Shown one piece after another: positions 1 through 14,105 of a DNA stretch of 64,000 nt (position 1 is the stretch's first letter; the number at the start of each line of letters is the position of its first letter). Both the position numbers and the translations under genes were made by a program. The notes under the pieces are model-generated. The model was given only the letters and a program-made list of their open reading frames with translations, was not told the DNA's origin and searched no databases. Source of the DNA: Eledone cirrhosa (Eukaryota); contig CAXHJY010000168.1 in assembly GCA_964016885.1 (NCBI GenBank), positions 124,001-188,000 of the forward strand. The letters are read 5' to 3'.

Positions 1-1158
1 GGGGTATCCATTTTTTATTTGGGGGATCCATTTTTTATTTGGGTGATCCATTTTTTATTTGGGGGATCCATTTTTTATTTGGGGGATCCATTTTTTATTT
101 GGGTGATCCATTTTTCATTTGTGGGATCCATTTTTTATTTGGGTGATCCATTTTTTACTTGGGTGATCCATTTTTTATTTGAGGGATCCATTTTTTATTT
201 AGGTGATCCATTTTTTATTTGGGTGATCCATTTTTTATTTGGGGGGATCCATTTTTTATTTGGGTGATCCATATTTTATTTGGGTGATACATTTTTTATT
301 TTGGGGATCCATTTTTTATTTGGGTGATCCATTTTTATTTGGGGGATCCATTTTTTATTTGGGGGATCCATTTTTTATTTGGGTGATCCATTTTTTATTT
401 GGGGGATCCATTTTTTATTTGGGTGATCCATTTTTTATTTGGGTGATCCATTTTTTATTTGAGGGATCCATTTTTTATTTGGGTGATCCATTTTTTATTT
501 GGGGGATCCATTTTTTATTTGGGTGATCCATTTTTATTTGGGGGATCCATTTTTTATTTGGGTCATCCATTTTTTGGGGGGGGATCCATTTTTTATTTGA
601 GGGATCCATTTTTTATTTGGGTGATCCATTTAATATTTGAGTGATCCATTTTTTATTGGGGGGATCCATTTTTTATTTGGGTGATCCATTTTTTATTTGG
701 GTGATCCATTTTTTATTTGGGGGATCCATTTTTTATTTGGGTGATCCATTTTTTATTTGGGGGATCCATTTTTTATTTGGGGGATCCATTTTTTATTTGG
801 GGGATCCATTTTTTATTTGGGTGATCCATTTTTTATTTGGGGGATCCATTTTTTATTTGGGTGATCCATTTTTTATTTGGGTGATACATTTTTTATTTGG
901 GTGATCCATTTTTTATTTTGGTGATCCATTTTTTATTTGGGGGATCCATTTTTTATTTGGGTGATCCATTTTTTATTTGGGTGATCCATTTTTTATTTGG
1001 GGAATCCATTTTTTATTTTGGGGATCCATTTTTTATTTGGGTGATCCATTTTTTATTTGGGGGATCCATTTTTTTTTGGGGTGATCCATTTTTTATTTGG
1101 GGGATCCATTTTTTATTTGGGGGATCGATTTTTTATTTGGGTGATCCATTTTTTATTT

Positions 1159-4100
1159 GATTGATCCATTATTTATTTGAGGGATCCATTTTTTCTTTGG
1201 GTGATCCATCTTTTCTTTGGGTGATCCATTTTTTATTTGGGTGATCCATATTTTATTTGGGTGATCCATTTTTTATTTTGGGGATCCATTTTTTATTTGG
1301 GTGATCCATTTTTTATTTGGGGGATCCATTTTTTATTTGGGGGATCCATTTTTTATTTGAGTGATCCATTTTTTATTTGCGGGATCCATTTTTTATTTGG
1401 GTGATCCATTTTTTATTTGGGTGATCCATTTTTTATTTGGGTGATCCATTTTTTATTTGGGCGATGCATTTTTTAATTGGGGGATCCATTTTCTATTTGG
1501 GTGATCCATTTTTTATTTGGGTGATCCATTTTTTATTTGGGGGATCCATTTTTTATTTGGGTGATCCATTTTTTATTTGGGGGATCCATTTTTTATTTGA
1601 GGGATCCATTTTTTATTTGGGTGATCCATTTTTTATTTTGGGGATCCATTTCTTATTTGGGTGATCCATTTTTTATTTGGGGGATCCATTTTTTATTTGG
1701 GGGATCCATTTTTTATTTGGGTGATCCATTTTTTATTTGGGGGATCCATTTTTTATTTGGGTGATCCATTTTTTATTTGGTGGATCCATTTTTTATTTGG
1801 GGGATCCATTTTTTATTTGGGTGATCCATTTTTTATTTGGGTGATCCATTTTTTATTTGGGGAATCCATTTTTTATTTTGGGGATCCATTTTTTATTTGG
1901 GTGATCCATTTTTTATTTGGGGGATCCATTTTTTATTTGGGGGATCCATTTTTTATTTGGGTGATCCATTTTTTATTTGAGGGATCCATTTTTTATTTGG
2001 GGGATCGATTTTTTATTTGGGTGATCCATTTTTTATTTGATTGATCCATTATTTATTTGAGGGATCCATTTTTTCTTTGGGTGATCCATCTTTTCTTTGG
2101 GTGATCCATTTTTTATTTGGGGGATCCATTTTTTATTTGGGTGGTCCATTTTTTATTTGGGTGATCCATTTTTTATTTGGGGGATCCACTTTTTATTTGG
2201 GGGATCCATTTTTTATTTGGGGGATCCATATTTTATTTGGGGGATCCATTTTTTATTTGGGTGATCCATTTTTTATTTGGGTGATCCATTTTTTATTTGG
2301 GTGATCCATTTTTTATTTGGGGGATCCATTTTTTATTTGGGTGATCCATTTTTTATTTGGGGGATCCATTTTTTATTTGAGGGATCCATTTTTTATTTGG
2401 GTGATCCATTTTTTATTTTGGGGCTCCATTTCTTATTTGGGTTATCCATTTTTTATTTGGGGGATCCATTTTTTATTTGGGGGATCCATTTTTTATTCGG
2501 GTGATCCATTTTTTATTTGGGGGATCCATTTTTTATTTGGGTGATCCATTTTTTATTTGGGTGATCCATTTTTTACTTGGGGGATCCATTTTTTATTTGG
2601 GTGATCCATTTTTTATTTGGGTGATCCATTTTTTATTTGGGGAATCCATTTTTTATTTTGGGGATCCATTTTTTATTTGGGGGATCCATTTTTTATTTGT
2701 GTGATCCATTTTTTATTTGGGTGATCCATTATTTTATTTGGGGGATCCATTTTTTATTTGGGTGATCCATTTTTTATTTGGGTGATACATTTTTTATTTG
2801 GGTGATCCATTTTTTATTTTGGTGATCCATTTTTTATTTGGGGGATCCATTTTTTATTTGGGTGATCCATTTTTTATTTGGGGGATCCACTTTTTATTTG
2901 GGTGATCCATTTTTTATATGAGGGATCCATTTTTTATTTGGGTGATCCATTTTTTATTTGGGTGAACCATTTTTTATTTGGGTGATCCATTTTTTATTTG
3001 AGAGATTCATTTTTTATTTGGGTGATCCATTTTTTATTTGGGTGATCCATTTTTGATTTGGGGGATCCATTTTTTATTTGGGTGATCCCTTTTTTATTTG
3101 GGTGATCTATTTTTTATTTGGGGGATCCTTTTTTATTTGGGTGATCCATTTTTTATTTGGGGTATCCATTTTTTATTTGGGGGATCCATTTTTTATTTGG
3201 GTGATCCATTTTTTATTTGGGGGATCCATTTTTTATTTGGGGGATCCATTTTTTATTTGGGTGATCCATTTTTCATTTGTGGGATCCATTTTTTATTTGG
3301 GTGATCCATTTTTTACTTGGGTGATCCATTTTTTATTTGAGGGATCCATTTTTTATTTAGGTGATCCATTTTTTATTTGGGTGGTCCATTTTTTATTTGG
3401 GGGGATCCATTTTTTATTTGGGTGATCCATATTTTATTTGGGTGATACATTTTTTATTTTGGGGATCCATTTTTTATTTGGGTGATCCATTTTTATTTGG
3501 GGGATCCATTTTTTATTTGGGGGATCCATTTTTTATTTGGGTGATCCATTTTTTATTTGTGGGATCCATTTTTTATTTGGGTGATCCATTTTTTATTTGG
3601 GTGATCCATTTTTTATTTGAGGGATCCATTTTTTATTTGGGTGATCCATTTTTTATTTGGGGGATCCATTTTTTATTTGGGTGATCCATTTTTATTTGGG
3701 GGATCCATTTTTTATTTGGGTCATCCATTTTTTGGGGGGGGGATCCATTTTTTATTTGAGGGATCCATTTTTTATTTGGGTGATCCATTTAATATTTGAG
3801 TGATCCATTTTTTATTGGGGGGATCCATTTTTTATTTGGGTGATCCATTTTTTATTTGGGTGATCCATTTTTTATTTGGGGGATCCATTTTTTATTTGGG
3901 TGATCCATTTTTTATTTGGGGGATCCATTTTTTATTTGGGGGATCCATTTTTTATTTGGGTGATCCATTTTTTATTTGGGTGATCCATTTTTTATTTGGG
4001 GGATCGATTTTTTATTTGGGTGATCCATTTTTTATTTGATTGATCCATTTTTTATTTGAGGGATCCATTTTTTCTTTGGGTGATCCATTTTTTCTTTGGG

Positions 4101-7100
4101 TGATCCATTTTTTATTTGGGGGATCCATTTTTTATTTGGGTGATCCATTTTTTATTTGGCTGATCAATTTTTTATTTGGGGGATCCACTTTTTATTTGGG
4201 GGATCCATTTTTTATTTGGGGGATCCATTTTTTATTTGGGGGATCCATTTTTTATTTGGGTGATCCATTTTTTATTTGGGTGATCCATTTTTTATTTGGG
4301 TGATCCATTTTTTATTTGGGGGATCCATTTTTTATTTGGGTGATCCATTTTTTATTTGGGTGATCCATTTTTTATTTGAGGGATCCATTTTTTATTTGGG
4401 TGATCCATTTTTTATTTGGGGAATCCATTTTTTATTTTGGGGGTCCATTTTTTATTTGGGTGATCCATTTTTTATTTGGGGGATCCATTTTTTATTTGGG
4501 GGATCCATTTTTTATTTGGGTGATCCATTTTTTATTTGGGGGATCCATTTTTTATTTGGGTGATCCATTTTTTATTTGGGTGATCCATTTTTTATTTGAG
4601 GGATCTATTTTTTATTTGGGTGATCCATTTTTTATTTGAGTGATCCATTTTTTATTGGGGGGATCCATTTTTTATTTGGGTGATCCATTTTTTATTTGGG
4701 TGATCCATTTTTTATTTGGGGGATCCATTTTTTATTTGGGTGATCCATTTTTTATTTGGGGGATCCATTTTATATTTGGGGATCCATTTTTTATTTGGGT
4801 GATCCATTTTTTATTTGGGGGATCCATTTTTTATTTGGGTGATCCATTTTTTATTTGGGTGATCCATTTTTTATTTGGGGGATCGTTTTTTTATTTGGGT
4901 GATCCATTTTTTATTTGATTGATCCATTATTTATTTGAGGGATCCATTTTTTCTTTGGGTGATCCATCTTTTCTTTGGGTGATCCATTTTTTATTTGGGG
5001 GATCCATTTTTTATTTGGGTGATCCATTTTTTATTTGGGTGATCCATTTATTATTTGGGGGATCCACTTTTTATTTGGGTGATCCATTTTTTATTTGGGG
5101 GATCCATATTTTATTTGGGGGATCCATTTTTTATTTGGGTGATCCATTTTTTATTTGGGTGATCCATTTTTTATTTGGGTGATCCATTTTTTATTTGGGG
5201 GATCCATTTTTTATTTGGGTGATCCATTTTTTATTTGGGTGATCCATTTTTTATTTGAGGGATCCATTTTTTATTTGGGTGATCCATTTTTTATTTTGGG
5301 GATCCATTTCTTATTTGAGTGATCCATTTTTTATTTGGGGGATCCATTTTTTATTTGGGGGATCCATTTTTTATTTGGGTGATCCATTTTTTATTTGGGG
5401 GATCCATTTTTTACTTGGGTGATCCATTTTTTATTTGGGTGATCCATTTTTTATTTGGGGGATCCATTTTTTATTTGGGTGATCCATTTTTTATTTGGGT
5501 GATCCATTTTTTATTTGGGGAATCCATTTTTTATTTTGGGGATCCATTTTTTATTTGGGGGTTCCATTTTTTATTTGGGTGATCCATTTTTTATTTGGGT
5601 GATCCATTATTTTATTTGGGGGATCCATTTTTTATTTGGGTGATCCATTTTTTATTTGGGTGATACATTTTTTATTTGGGGGATCCATTTTTTATTTGGG
5701 TGATCCATTTTTTATTTGTGTGATCCATTTTTTATTTGGGTGATCCATTTTTTATTTGGGTGATCCATTTTTTATTTGGGGGATCCATTTTTTATTTGGG
5801 TAATCCATTTTTTATTTGGGGGATCCATTTTTTATTTGGGTGATCCATTTTTTATATGAGGGATCCATTTTTTATTTGGGTGATCCATTTTTTATTTGGG
5901 TGAACCATTTTTTATTTGGGTGATCCATTTTTTATTTGAGAGATTCATTTTTTATTTGGGTGATCCATTTTTTATTTGGGTGATCCATTTTTGATTTGGG
6001 GGATCCATTTTTTATTTGGGTGATCCCTTTTTTATTTGGGTGATCTATTTTTTATTTGGGGGATCCTTTTTTATTTGGGTGATCCATTTTTTATTTGGGG
6101 TATCCATTTTTTATTTGGGGGATCCATTTTTTATTTGGGTGATCCATTTTTTATTTGGGTGATCCATTTTTTATTTGGGCGATGCATTTTTTATTTGGGG
6201 GATCCATTTTCTATTTGGGTGATCCATTTTTTATTTGGGTGATCCATTTTTTATTTGGGGGATCCATTTTTTATTTGGGTGATCCATTTTTTATTTGGGG
6301 GATCCATTTTTTATTTGGGGGATCCATTTTTTATTTGAGTGATCCATTTTTTATTTGGGGGATCCATTTTTTATTTGGGTGATCCATTTTTTATTTGGGT
6401 GATCCATTTTTTATTTGGGTGATCCATTTTTTATTTGGGCGATGCATTTTTTATTTGGGGGATCCATTTTCTATTTGGGTGATCCATTTTTTATTTGGGT
6501 GATCCATTTTTTATTTGGGGGATCCATTTTTTATTTGGGTGATCCATTTTTTATTTGGGTGATCCATTTTTTATTTGAGGGATCCATTTTTTATTTGGGT
6601 GATCCATTTTTTATTTTGGGGATCCATTTCTTATTTGGGTGATCCATTTTTTATTTGGGTGATCCATTTTTTATTTGGCGGATCCATTTTTTATTTGGGT
6701 GATCCATTTTTTATTTGGGGGATCCATTTTTTATTTGGGTGATCCATTTTTTATTTGGTGGATCCATTTTTTATTTGGGGGATCCATTTTTTATTTGGGT
6801 GATCCATTTTTTATTTGGGTGATCCATTTTTTATTTGGGGAATCCATTTTTTATTTTGGGGATCCATTTTTTATTTGGGTGATCCATTTTTTATTTGGGG
6901 GATCCATTTTTTATTTGGGGGATCCATTTTTTTTTGGGGTGATCCATTTTTTATTTGGGGGATCCATTTTTTATTTGGGGGATCGATTTTTTATTTGGGT
7001 GATCCATTTTTTATTTGATTGATCCATTATTTATTTGAGGGATCCATTTTTTCTTTGGGTGATCCATCTTTTCTTTGGGTGATCCATTTTTTATTTGGGT

Positions 7101-10100
7101 GATCCATATTTTATTTGGGTGATCCATTTTTTATTTTGGGGATCCATTTTTTATTTGGGTGATCCATTTTTTATTTGGGGGATCCATTTTTTATTTGGGG
7201 GATCCATTTTTTATTTGAGTGATCCATTTTTTATTTGGGGGATCCATTTTTTATTTGGGTGATCCATTTTTTATTTGGGTGATCCATTTTTTATTTGGGT
7301 GATCCATTTTTTATTTGGGCGATGCATTTTTTATTTGGGGGATCCATTTTCTATTTGGGTGATCCATTTTTTATTTGGGTGATCCATTTTTTATTTGGGG
7401 GATCCATTTTTTATTTGGGTGATCCATTTTTTATTTGGGTGATCCATTTTTTATTTGAGGGATCCATTTTTTATTTGGGTGATCCATTTTTTATTTTGGG
7501 GATCCATTTCTTATTTGGGTGATCCATTTTTTATTTGGGGGATCCATTTTTTATTTGGGGGATCCATTTTTTATTTGGGTGATCCATTTTTTATTTGGGG
7601 GATCCATTTTTTATTTGGGTGATCCATTTTTTATTTGGTGGATCCATTTTTTATTTGGGGGATCCATTTTTTATTTGGGTGATCCATTTTTTATTTGGGT
7701 GATCCATTTTTTATTTGGGGAATCCATTTTTCATTTTGGGGATCCATTTTTTATTTGGGTGATCCATTTTTTATTTGGGGGATCCATTTTTTATTTGGGG
7801 GATCCATTTTTTATTTGGGTGATCCATTTTTTATTTGGGGGATCCATTTTTTATTTGGGGGATCGATTTTTTATTTGGGTGATCCATTTTTTATTTGATT
7901 GATCCATTATTTATTTGAGGGATCCATTTTTTCTTTGGGTGATCCATCTTTTCTTTGGGTGATCCATTTTTTATTTGGGGGATCCATTTTTTATTTGGGT
8001 GGTCCATTTTTTATTTGGGTGATCCATTTTTTATTTGGGGGATCCACTTTTTATTTGGGGGATCCATTTTTTATTTGGGGGATCCATATTTTATTTGGGG
8101 GATCCATTTTTTATTTGGGTGATCCATTTTTTATTTGGGTGATCCATTTTTTATTTGGGTGATCCATTTTTTATTTGGGGGATCCATTTTTTATTTGGGT
8201 GATCCATTTTTTATTTGGGGGATCCATTTTTTATTTGAGGGATCCATTTTTTATTTGGGTGATCCATTTTTTATTTTGGGGCTCCATTTCTTATTTGGGT
8301 TATCCATTTTTTATTTGGGGGATCCATTTTTTATTTGGGGGATCCATTTTTTATTTGGGTGATCCATTTTTTATTTGGGGGATCCATTTTTTATTTGGGT
8401 GATCCATTTTTTATTTGGGTGATCCATTTTTTACTTGGGGGATCCATTTTTTATTTGGGTGATCCATTTTTTATTTGGGTGATCCATTTTTTATTTGGGG
8501 AATCCATTTTTTATTTTGGGGATCCATTTTTTATTTGGGGGATCCATTTTTTATTTGGGTGATCCATTTTTTATTTGGGTGATCCATTATTTTATTTGGG
8601 GGATCCATTTTTTATTTGGGTGATCCATTTTTTATTTGGGTGATACATTTTTTATTTGGGTGATCCATTTTTTATTTTGGTGATCCATTTTTTATTTGGG
8701 GGATCCATTTTTTATTTGGGTGATCCATTTTTTATTTGGGGGATCCACTTTTTATTTGGGTGATCCATTTTTTATATGAGGGATCCATTTTTTATTTGGG
8801 TGATCCATTTTTTATTTGGGTGAACCATTTTTTATTTGGGTGATCCATTTTTTATTTGAGAGATTCATTTTTTATTTGGGTGATCCATTTTTTATTTGGG
8901 TGATCCATTTTTGATTTGGGGGATCCATTTTTTATTTGGGTGATCCCTTTTTTATTTGGGTGATCTATTTTTTATTTGGGGGATCCTTTTTTATTTGGGT
9001 GATCCATTTTTTATTTGGGGTATCCATTTTTTATTTGGGGGATCCATTTTTTATTTGGGTGATCCATTTTTTATTTGGGGGATCCATTTTTTATTTGGGG
9101 GATCCATTTTTTATTTGGGTGATCCATTTTTCATTTGTGGGATCCATTTTTTATTTGGGTGATCCATTTTTTACTTGGGTGATCCATTTTTTATTTGAGG
9201 GATCCATTTTTTATTTAGGTGATCCATTTTTTATTTGGGTGATCCATTTTTTATTTGGGGGGATCCATTTTTTATTTGGGTGATCCATATTTTATTTGGG
9301 TGATACATTTTTTATTTGGGGGATCCATTTTTTATTTGGGTGATCCATTTTTATTTGGGGGATCCATTTTTTATTTGGGGGATCCATTTTTTATTTGGGT
9401 GATCCATTTTTTATTTGGGGGATCCATTTTTTATTTGGGTGATCCATTTTTTATTTGGGTGATCCATTTTTTATTTGAGGGATCCATTTTTTATTTGGGT
9501 GATCCATTTTTTATTTGGGGGATCCATTTTTTATTTGGGTGATCCATTTTTATTTGGGGGATCCATTTTTTATTTGGGTGATCCATTTTTGGGGGGGGGG
9601 ATCCATTTTTTATTTGAGGGATCCATTTTTTATTTGGGTGATCCATTTAATATTTGAGTGATCCATTTTTTATTGGGGGGATCCATTTTTTATTTGGGTG
9701 ATCCATTTTTTATTTGGGTGATCCATTTTTTATTTGGGGGATCCATTTTTTATTTGGGTGATCCATTTTTTATTTGGGGGATCCATTTTTTATTTGGGGG
9801 ATCCATTTTTTATTTGGGTGATCCATTTTTTATTTGGGTGATCCATTTTTTATTTGGGGGATCGATTTTTTATTTGGGTGATCCATTTTTTATTTGATTG
9901 ATCCATTTTTTATTTGAGGGATCCATTTTTTCTTTGGGTGATCCATTTTTTCTTTGGGTGATCCATTTTTTATTTGGGGGATCCATTTTTTATTTGGGTG
10001 ATCCATTTTTTATTTGGCTGATCAATTTTTTATTTGGGGGATCCACTTTTTATTTGGGGGATCCATTTTTTATTTGGGGGATCCATTTTTTATTTGGGGG

Positions 10101-12500
10101 ATCCATTTTTTATTTGGGTGATCCATTTTTTATTTGGGTGATCCATTTTTTATTTGGGTGATCCATTTTTTATTTGGGGGATCCATTTTTTATTTGGGTG
10201 ATCCATTTTTTATTTGGGTGATCCATTTTTTATTTGAGGGATCCATTTTTTATTTGGGTGATCCATTTTTTATTTTGGGGATCCATTTCTTATTTGGGTG
10301 ATCCATTTTTTATTTGGGGGATCCATTTTTTATTTGGGGGATCCATTTTTTATTTGGGTGATCCATTTTTTATTTGGGGGATCCATTTTTTATTTGGGTG
10401 ATCCATTTTTTATTTGGGTGATCCATTTTTTATTTGGGGGATCCATTTTTTATTTGGGTGATCCATTTTTTATTTGGGGAATCCATTTTTTATTTTGGGG
10501 GTCCATTTTTTATTTGGGTGATCCATTTTTTATTTGGGGGATCCATTTTTTATTTGGGGGATCCATTTTTTATTTGGGTGATCCATTTTTTATTTGGGGG
10601 ATCCATTTTTTATTTGGGTGATCCATTTTTTACTTGGGTGATCCATTTTTTATTTGAGGGATCTATTTTTTATTTGGGTGATCCATTTTTTATTTGAGTG
10701 ATCCATTTTTTATTGGGGGGATCCATTTTTTATTTGGGTGATCCATTTTTTATTTGGGTGATCCATTTTTTATTTGGGGGATCCATTTTTTATTTGGGTG
10801 ATCCATTTTTTATTTGGGGGATCCATTTTATATTTGGGGATCCATTTTTTATTTGGGTGATCCATTTTTTATTTGGGGGATCCATTTTTTATTTGGGTGA
10901 TCCATTTTTTATTTGGGTGATCCATTTTTTATTTGGGGGATCGATTTTTTATTTGGGTGATCCATTTTTTATTTGATTGATCCATTATTTATTTGAGGGA
11001 TCCATTTTTTCTTTGGGTGATCCATCTTTTCTTTGGGTGATCCATTTTTTATTTGGGGGATCCATTTTTTATTTGGGTGATCCATTTTTTATTTGGGTGA
11101 TCCATTTATTATTTGGGGGATCCACTTTTTATTTGGGTGATCCATTTTTTATTTGGGGGATCCATATTTTATTTGGGGGATCCATTTTTTATTTGGGTGA
11201 TCCATTTTTTATTTGGGTGATCAATTTTTTATTTGGGTGATCCATTTTTTATTTGGGGGATCCATTTTTTATTTGGGTGATCCATTTTTTATTTGGGTGA
11301 TCCATTTTTTATTTGGGGGATCCATTTTTTATTTGGGTGATCCATTTTTTATTTGGGTGATCCATTTTTTATTTGGGGAATCCATTTTTTATTTTGGGGA
11401 TCCATTTTTTATTTGGGGGATCCATTTTTTATTTGGGTGATCCATTTTTTATTTGGGTGATCCATTATTTTATTTGGGGGATCCATTTTTTATTTGGGTG
11501 ATCCATTTTTTATTTGGGTGATACATTTTTTATTTGGGGGATCCATTTTTTATTTGGGTGATCCATTTTTTATTTGTGTGATCCATTTTTTATTTGGGTG
11601 ATCCATTTTTTATTTGGGTGATCCATTTTTTATTTGGGGGATCCATTTTTTATTTGGGTAATCCATTTTTTATTTGGGGGATCCATTTTTTATTTGGGTG
11701 ATCCATTTTTTATATGAGGGATCCATTTTTTATTTGGGTGATCCATTTTTTATATGAGGGATCCATTTTTTATTTGGGTGATCCATTTTTTATTTGGGTG
11801 AACCATTTTTTATTTGGGTGATCCATTTTTTATTTGAGAGATTCATTTTTTATTTGGGTGATCCATTTTTTATTTGGGTGATCCATTTTTGATTTGGGGG
11901 ATCCATTTTTTATTTGGGTGATCCCTTTTTTATTTGGGTGATCTATTTTTTATTTGGGGGATCCTTTTTTATTTGGGTGATCCATTTTTTATTTGGGGTA
12001 TCCATTTTTTATTTGGGGGATCCATTTTTTATTTGGGTGATCCATTTTTTATTTGGGGGATCCATTTTTTATTTGGGGGATCCATTTTTTATTTGGGTGA
12101 TCCATTTTTCATTTGTGGGATCCATTTTTTATTTGGGTGATCCATTTTTTACTTGGGTGATCCATTTTTTATTTGAGGGATCCATTTTTTATTTGGGTGA
12201 TCCATTTTTTATTTGGGTGATCCATTACTTATTTGGGGGGATCCATTTTTTATTTGGGTGATCCATATTTTATTTGGGTGATACATTTTTTATTTTGGGG
12301 ATCCATTTTTTATTTGGGTGATCCATTTTTATTTGGGGGATCCATTTTTTATTTGGGGGATCCATTTTTTATTTGGGTGATCCATTTTTTATTTGGGGGA
12401 TCCATTTTTTATTTGGGTGATCCATTTTTTATTTGGGTGATCCATTTTTTATTTGAGGGATCCATTTTTTATTTGGGTGATCCATTTTTTATTTGGGGGA
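1159..12500. repeat. Higher-order structure in array A: ~880 bp, ~2.9-3.0 kb and 5858 bp periods
   Basis: The rare marker GATTGATCC occurs at 1159, 2039, 4038, 4917, 7017, 7897, 9896 and 10975 (pair spacings 880, 879, 880, 1079; long offset 5858, 5858, 5858, 6058). AGAGATTCAT occurs at 3001, 5939, 8859 and 11837. CATTTGTGGG occurs at 116, 3274, 9132 and 12110. Identical or near-identical pseudo-ORFs recur at a 5858 offset (2041/7899, 3800/9658, 4040/9898). Boundaries are approximate. Confidence 0.9.
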
Positions 12501-13865
12501 TCCATTTTTTATTTGGGTGATCCATTTTTTATTTGGGTGATCCATTTTTTATTTGGGGGATCCATTTTTTATTTGGGTGATCCATTTTTTATTTGGGGGA
12601 TCCATCTTTTATTTGGGGGATCCATTTTTTATTTGGGTGATCCATTTTTTATTTGGGGGATCCATTTTTTATTTGGGTGATCCATTTTTTATTTGGGTGA
12701 TCCATTTTTTATTTGGGTGATCCATTTTTTATTTGGGTGATCCATTTTTAATTTGGGTGATCCATTTTTTATTTGGGTGATCCATTTTTTATTTGGGTGA
12801 TCCATTTTTTATTTGGGGGATCCATTTTTTATTTGGGGGATCCATTTTTTATTTGGGTGATCCATTTTTTATTTGGGGGATCCATTTTTTATTTGGGTGA
12901 TCCATTTCTTATTTGGGTGATCCATTTTTTATTTGGGTGATCCATTTTTTATTTGGGGGATCCAGTTTTTATTTGGGGGATCCATTTTTTATTTGGGTGA
13001 TCCATTTTTTATTTGGGGGATCCATTTTTTATTTGGGTGATCCATTTTTTATTTGGGTGATCCATTTTTTATTTGGGTGATCCATTTTTTATTTGGATGA
13101 TCCATTTTTTATTTGGGTGATACATTTTTTATTTGGGGGATCCATTTTTTATTTGGGTGATCCATTTTTTATTTGGGGGATCCATTTTTTATTTGGGGGA
13201 TCCATTTTTTATTTGGGTGATCCATTTTTTATTTGGGGGATCCATTTTTTATTTGGGTGATCCATTTTTTATTTGGGTGATCCATTTTTTATTTGGGTGA
13301 TCCATTTTTTATTTGGGTGATCCATTTTTTATTTGGATGATCCATTTTTTATTTGGGTGATCCATTTTTTATTTGGAGGATCCATTTTTTATTTGGGTGA
13401 TCCATTTTTTATTTGGGGGATCCATTTTTTATTTGGTGGATCCATTTTTTATTTGGGTGATCCATTTTTTATTTGAGGGATCCATTTTTTATTTGGGTGA
13501 TCCATTTTTTATTTGGGTGATCCATTTTTTATTTGGGGGATCCATTTTTTATTTGGGTGATCCATTTTTTATTTGGGTGATCCATATTTTATTTGGGTGA
13601 TCCATTTTTTATTTTGGGGATCCATTTTTTATTTGGGTGATCCATTTTTTATTTGGGGGATCCATTTTTTATTTGGGGGATCCATTTTTTATTTGAGTGA
13701 TCCATTTTTTATTTGGGGGACCATTTTTTATTTGGGTGATCCATTTTTTATTTGGGTGATCCATTTTTTATTTGGGTGATCCATTTTTTATTTGGGTGAT
13801 CCATTTTTTATTTGGGGGATCTGTAGTGACCTACATTCCGCGGGCTCACATACATTCTCTGTGCG

Positions 13866-13890
13866 TGATTTGGCTCAGTTCAGCCAATCA
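13866..13890 (+). promoter_or_regulatory. CCAAT box (AGCCAATCA) within an imperfect inverted repeat in the insert
   Basis: AGCCAATCA at 13882-13890 matches the extended NF-Y consensus. TGATTTGGCT at 13866-13875 is its reverse complement with one extra T. Function is untested. Confidence 0.4.
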
Positions 13891-14095
13891 GCGCCAGTAG
13901 AAGAGGATGTATCCCTACGCGCCCTGAGGAAGAAATTCACCGCGAAGATTTGAAGAATCTCGGTCTTGTACCGGAAACTTCAAGCCAGCAACACGCATAA
14001 TGTAACAGTGAGATATTGCACCCCTAGCCTCGCCGGCTTAACGGCGCAATGGCACATTCCTTAATGTAATCTCTTTTTATCTGTAACTTCAACCA

Positions 14096-14105
14096 TATAA
14101 ATAAA
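14096..14105 (+). promoter_or_regulatory. Overlapping TATAAA / AATAAA (candidate TATA box or polyadenylation signal of the LTR)
   Basis: The sequence CCATATAAATAAACAAAC contains TATAAA at 14096-14101 and AATAAA at 14100-14105, mid-element as in many LTRs. These short motifs could arise by chance. Confidence 0.4.

Noticed and set aside
19-13779. Short hydrophobic ORFs (GDPFFIWVIHFLFGGSIFYL repeats) resembling membrane peptides
   Set aside because: These are translations of satellite A. Their length depends only on where the TGA of GGGTGATCC falls in frame.
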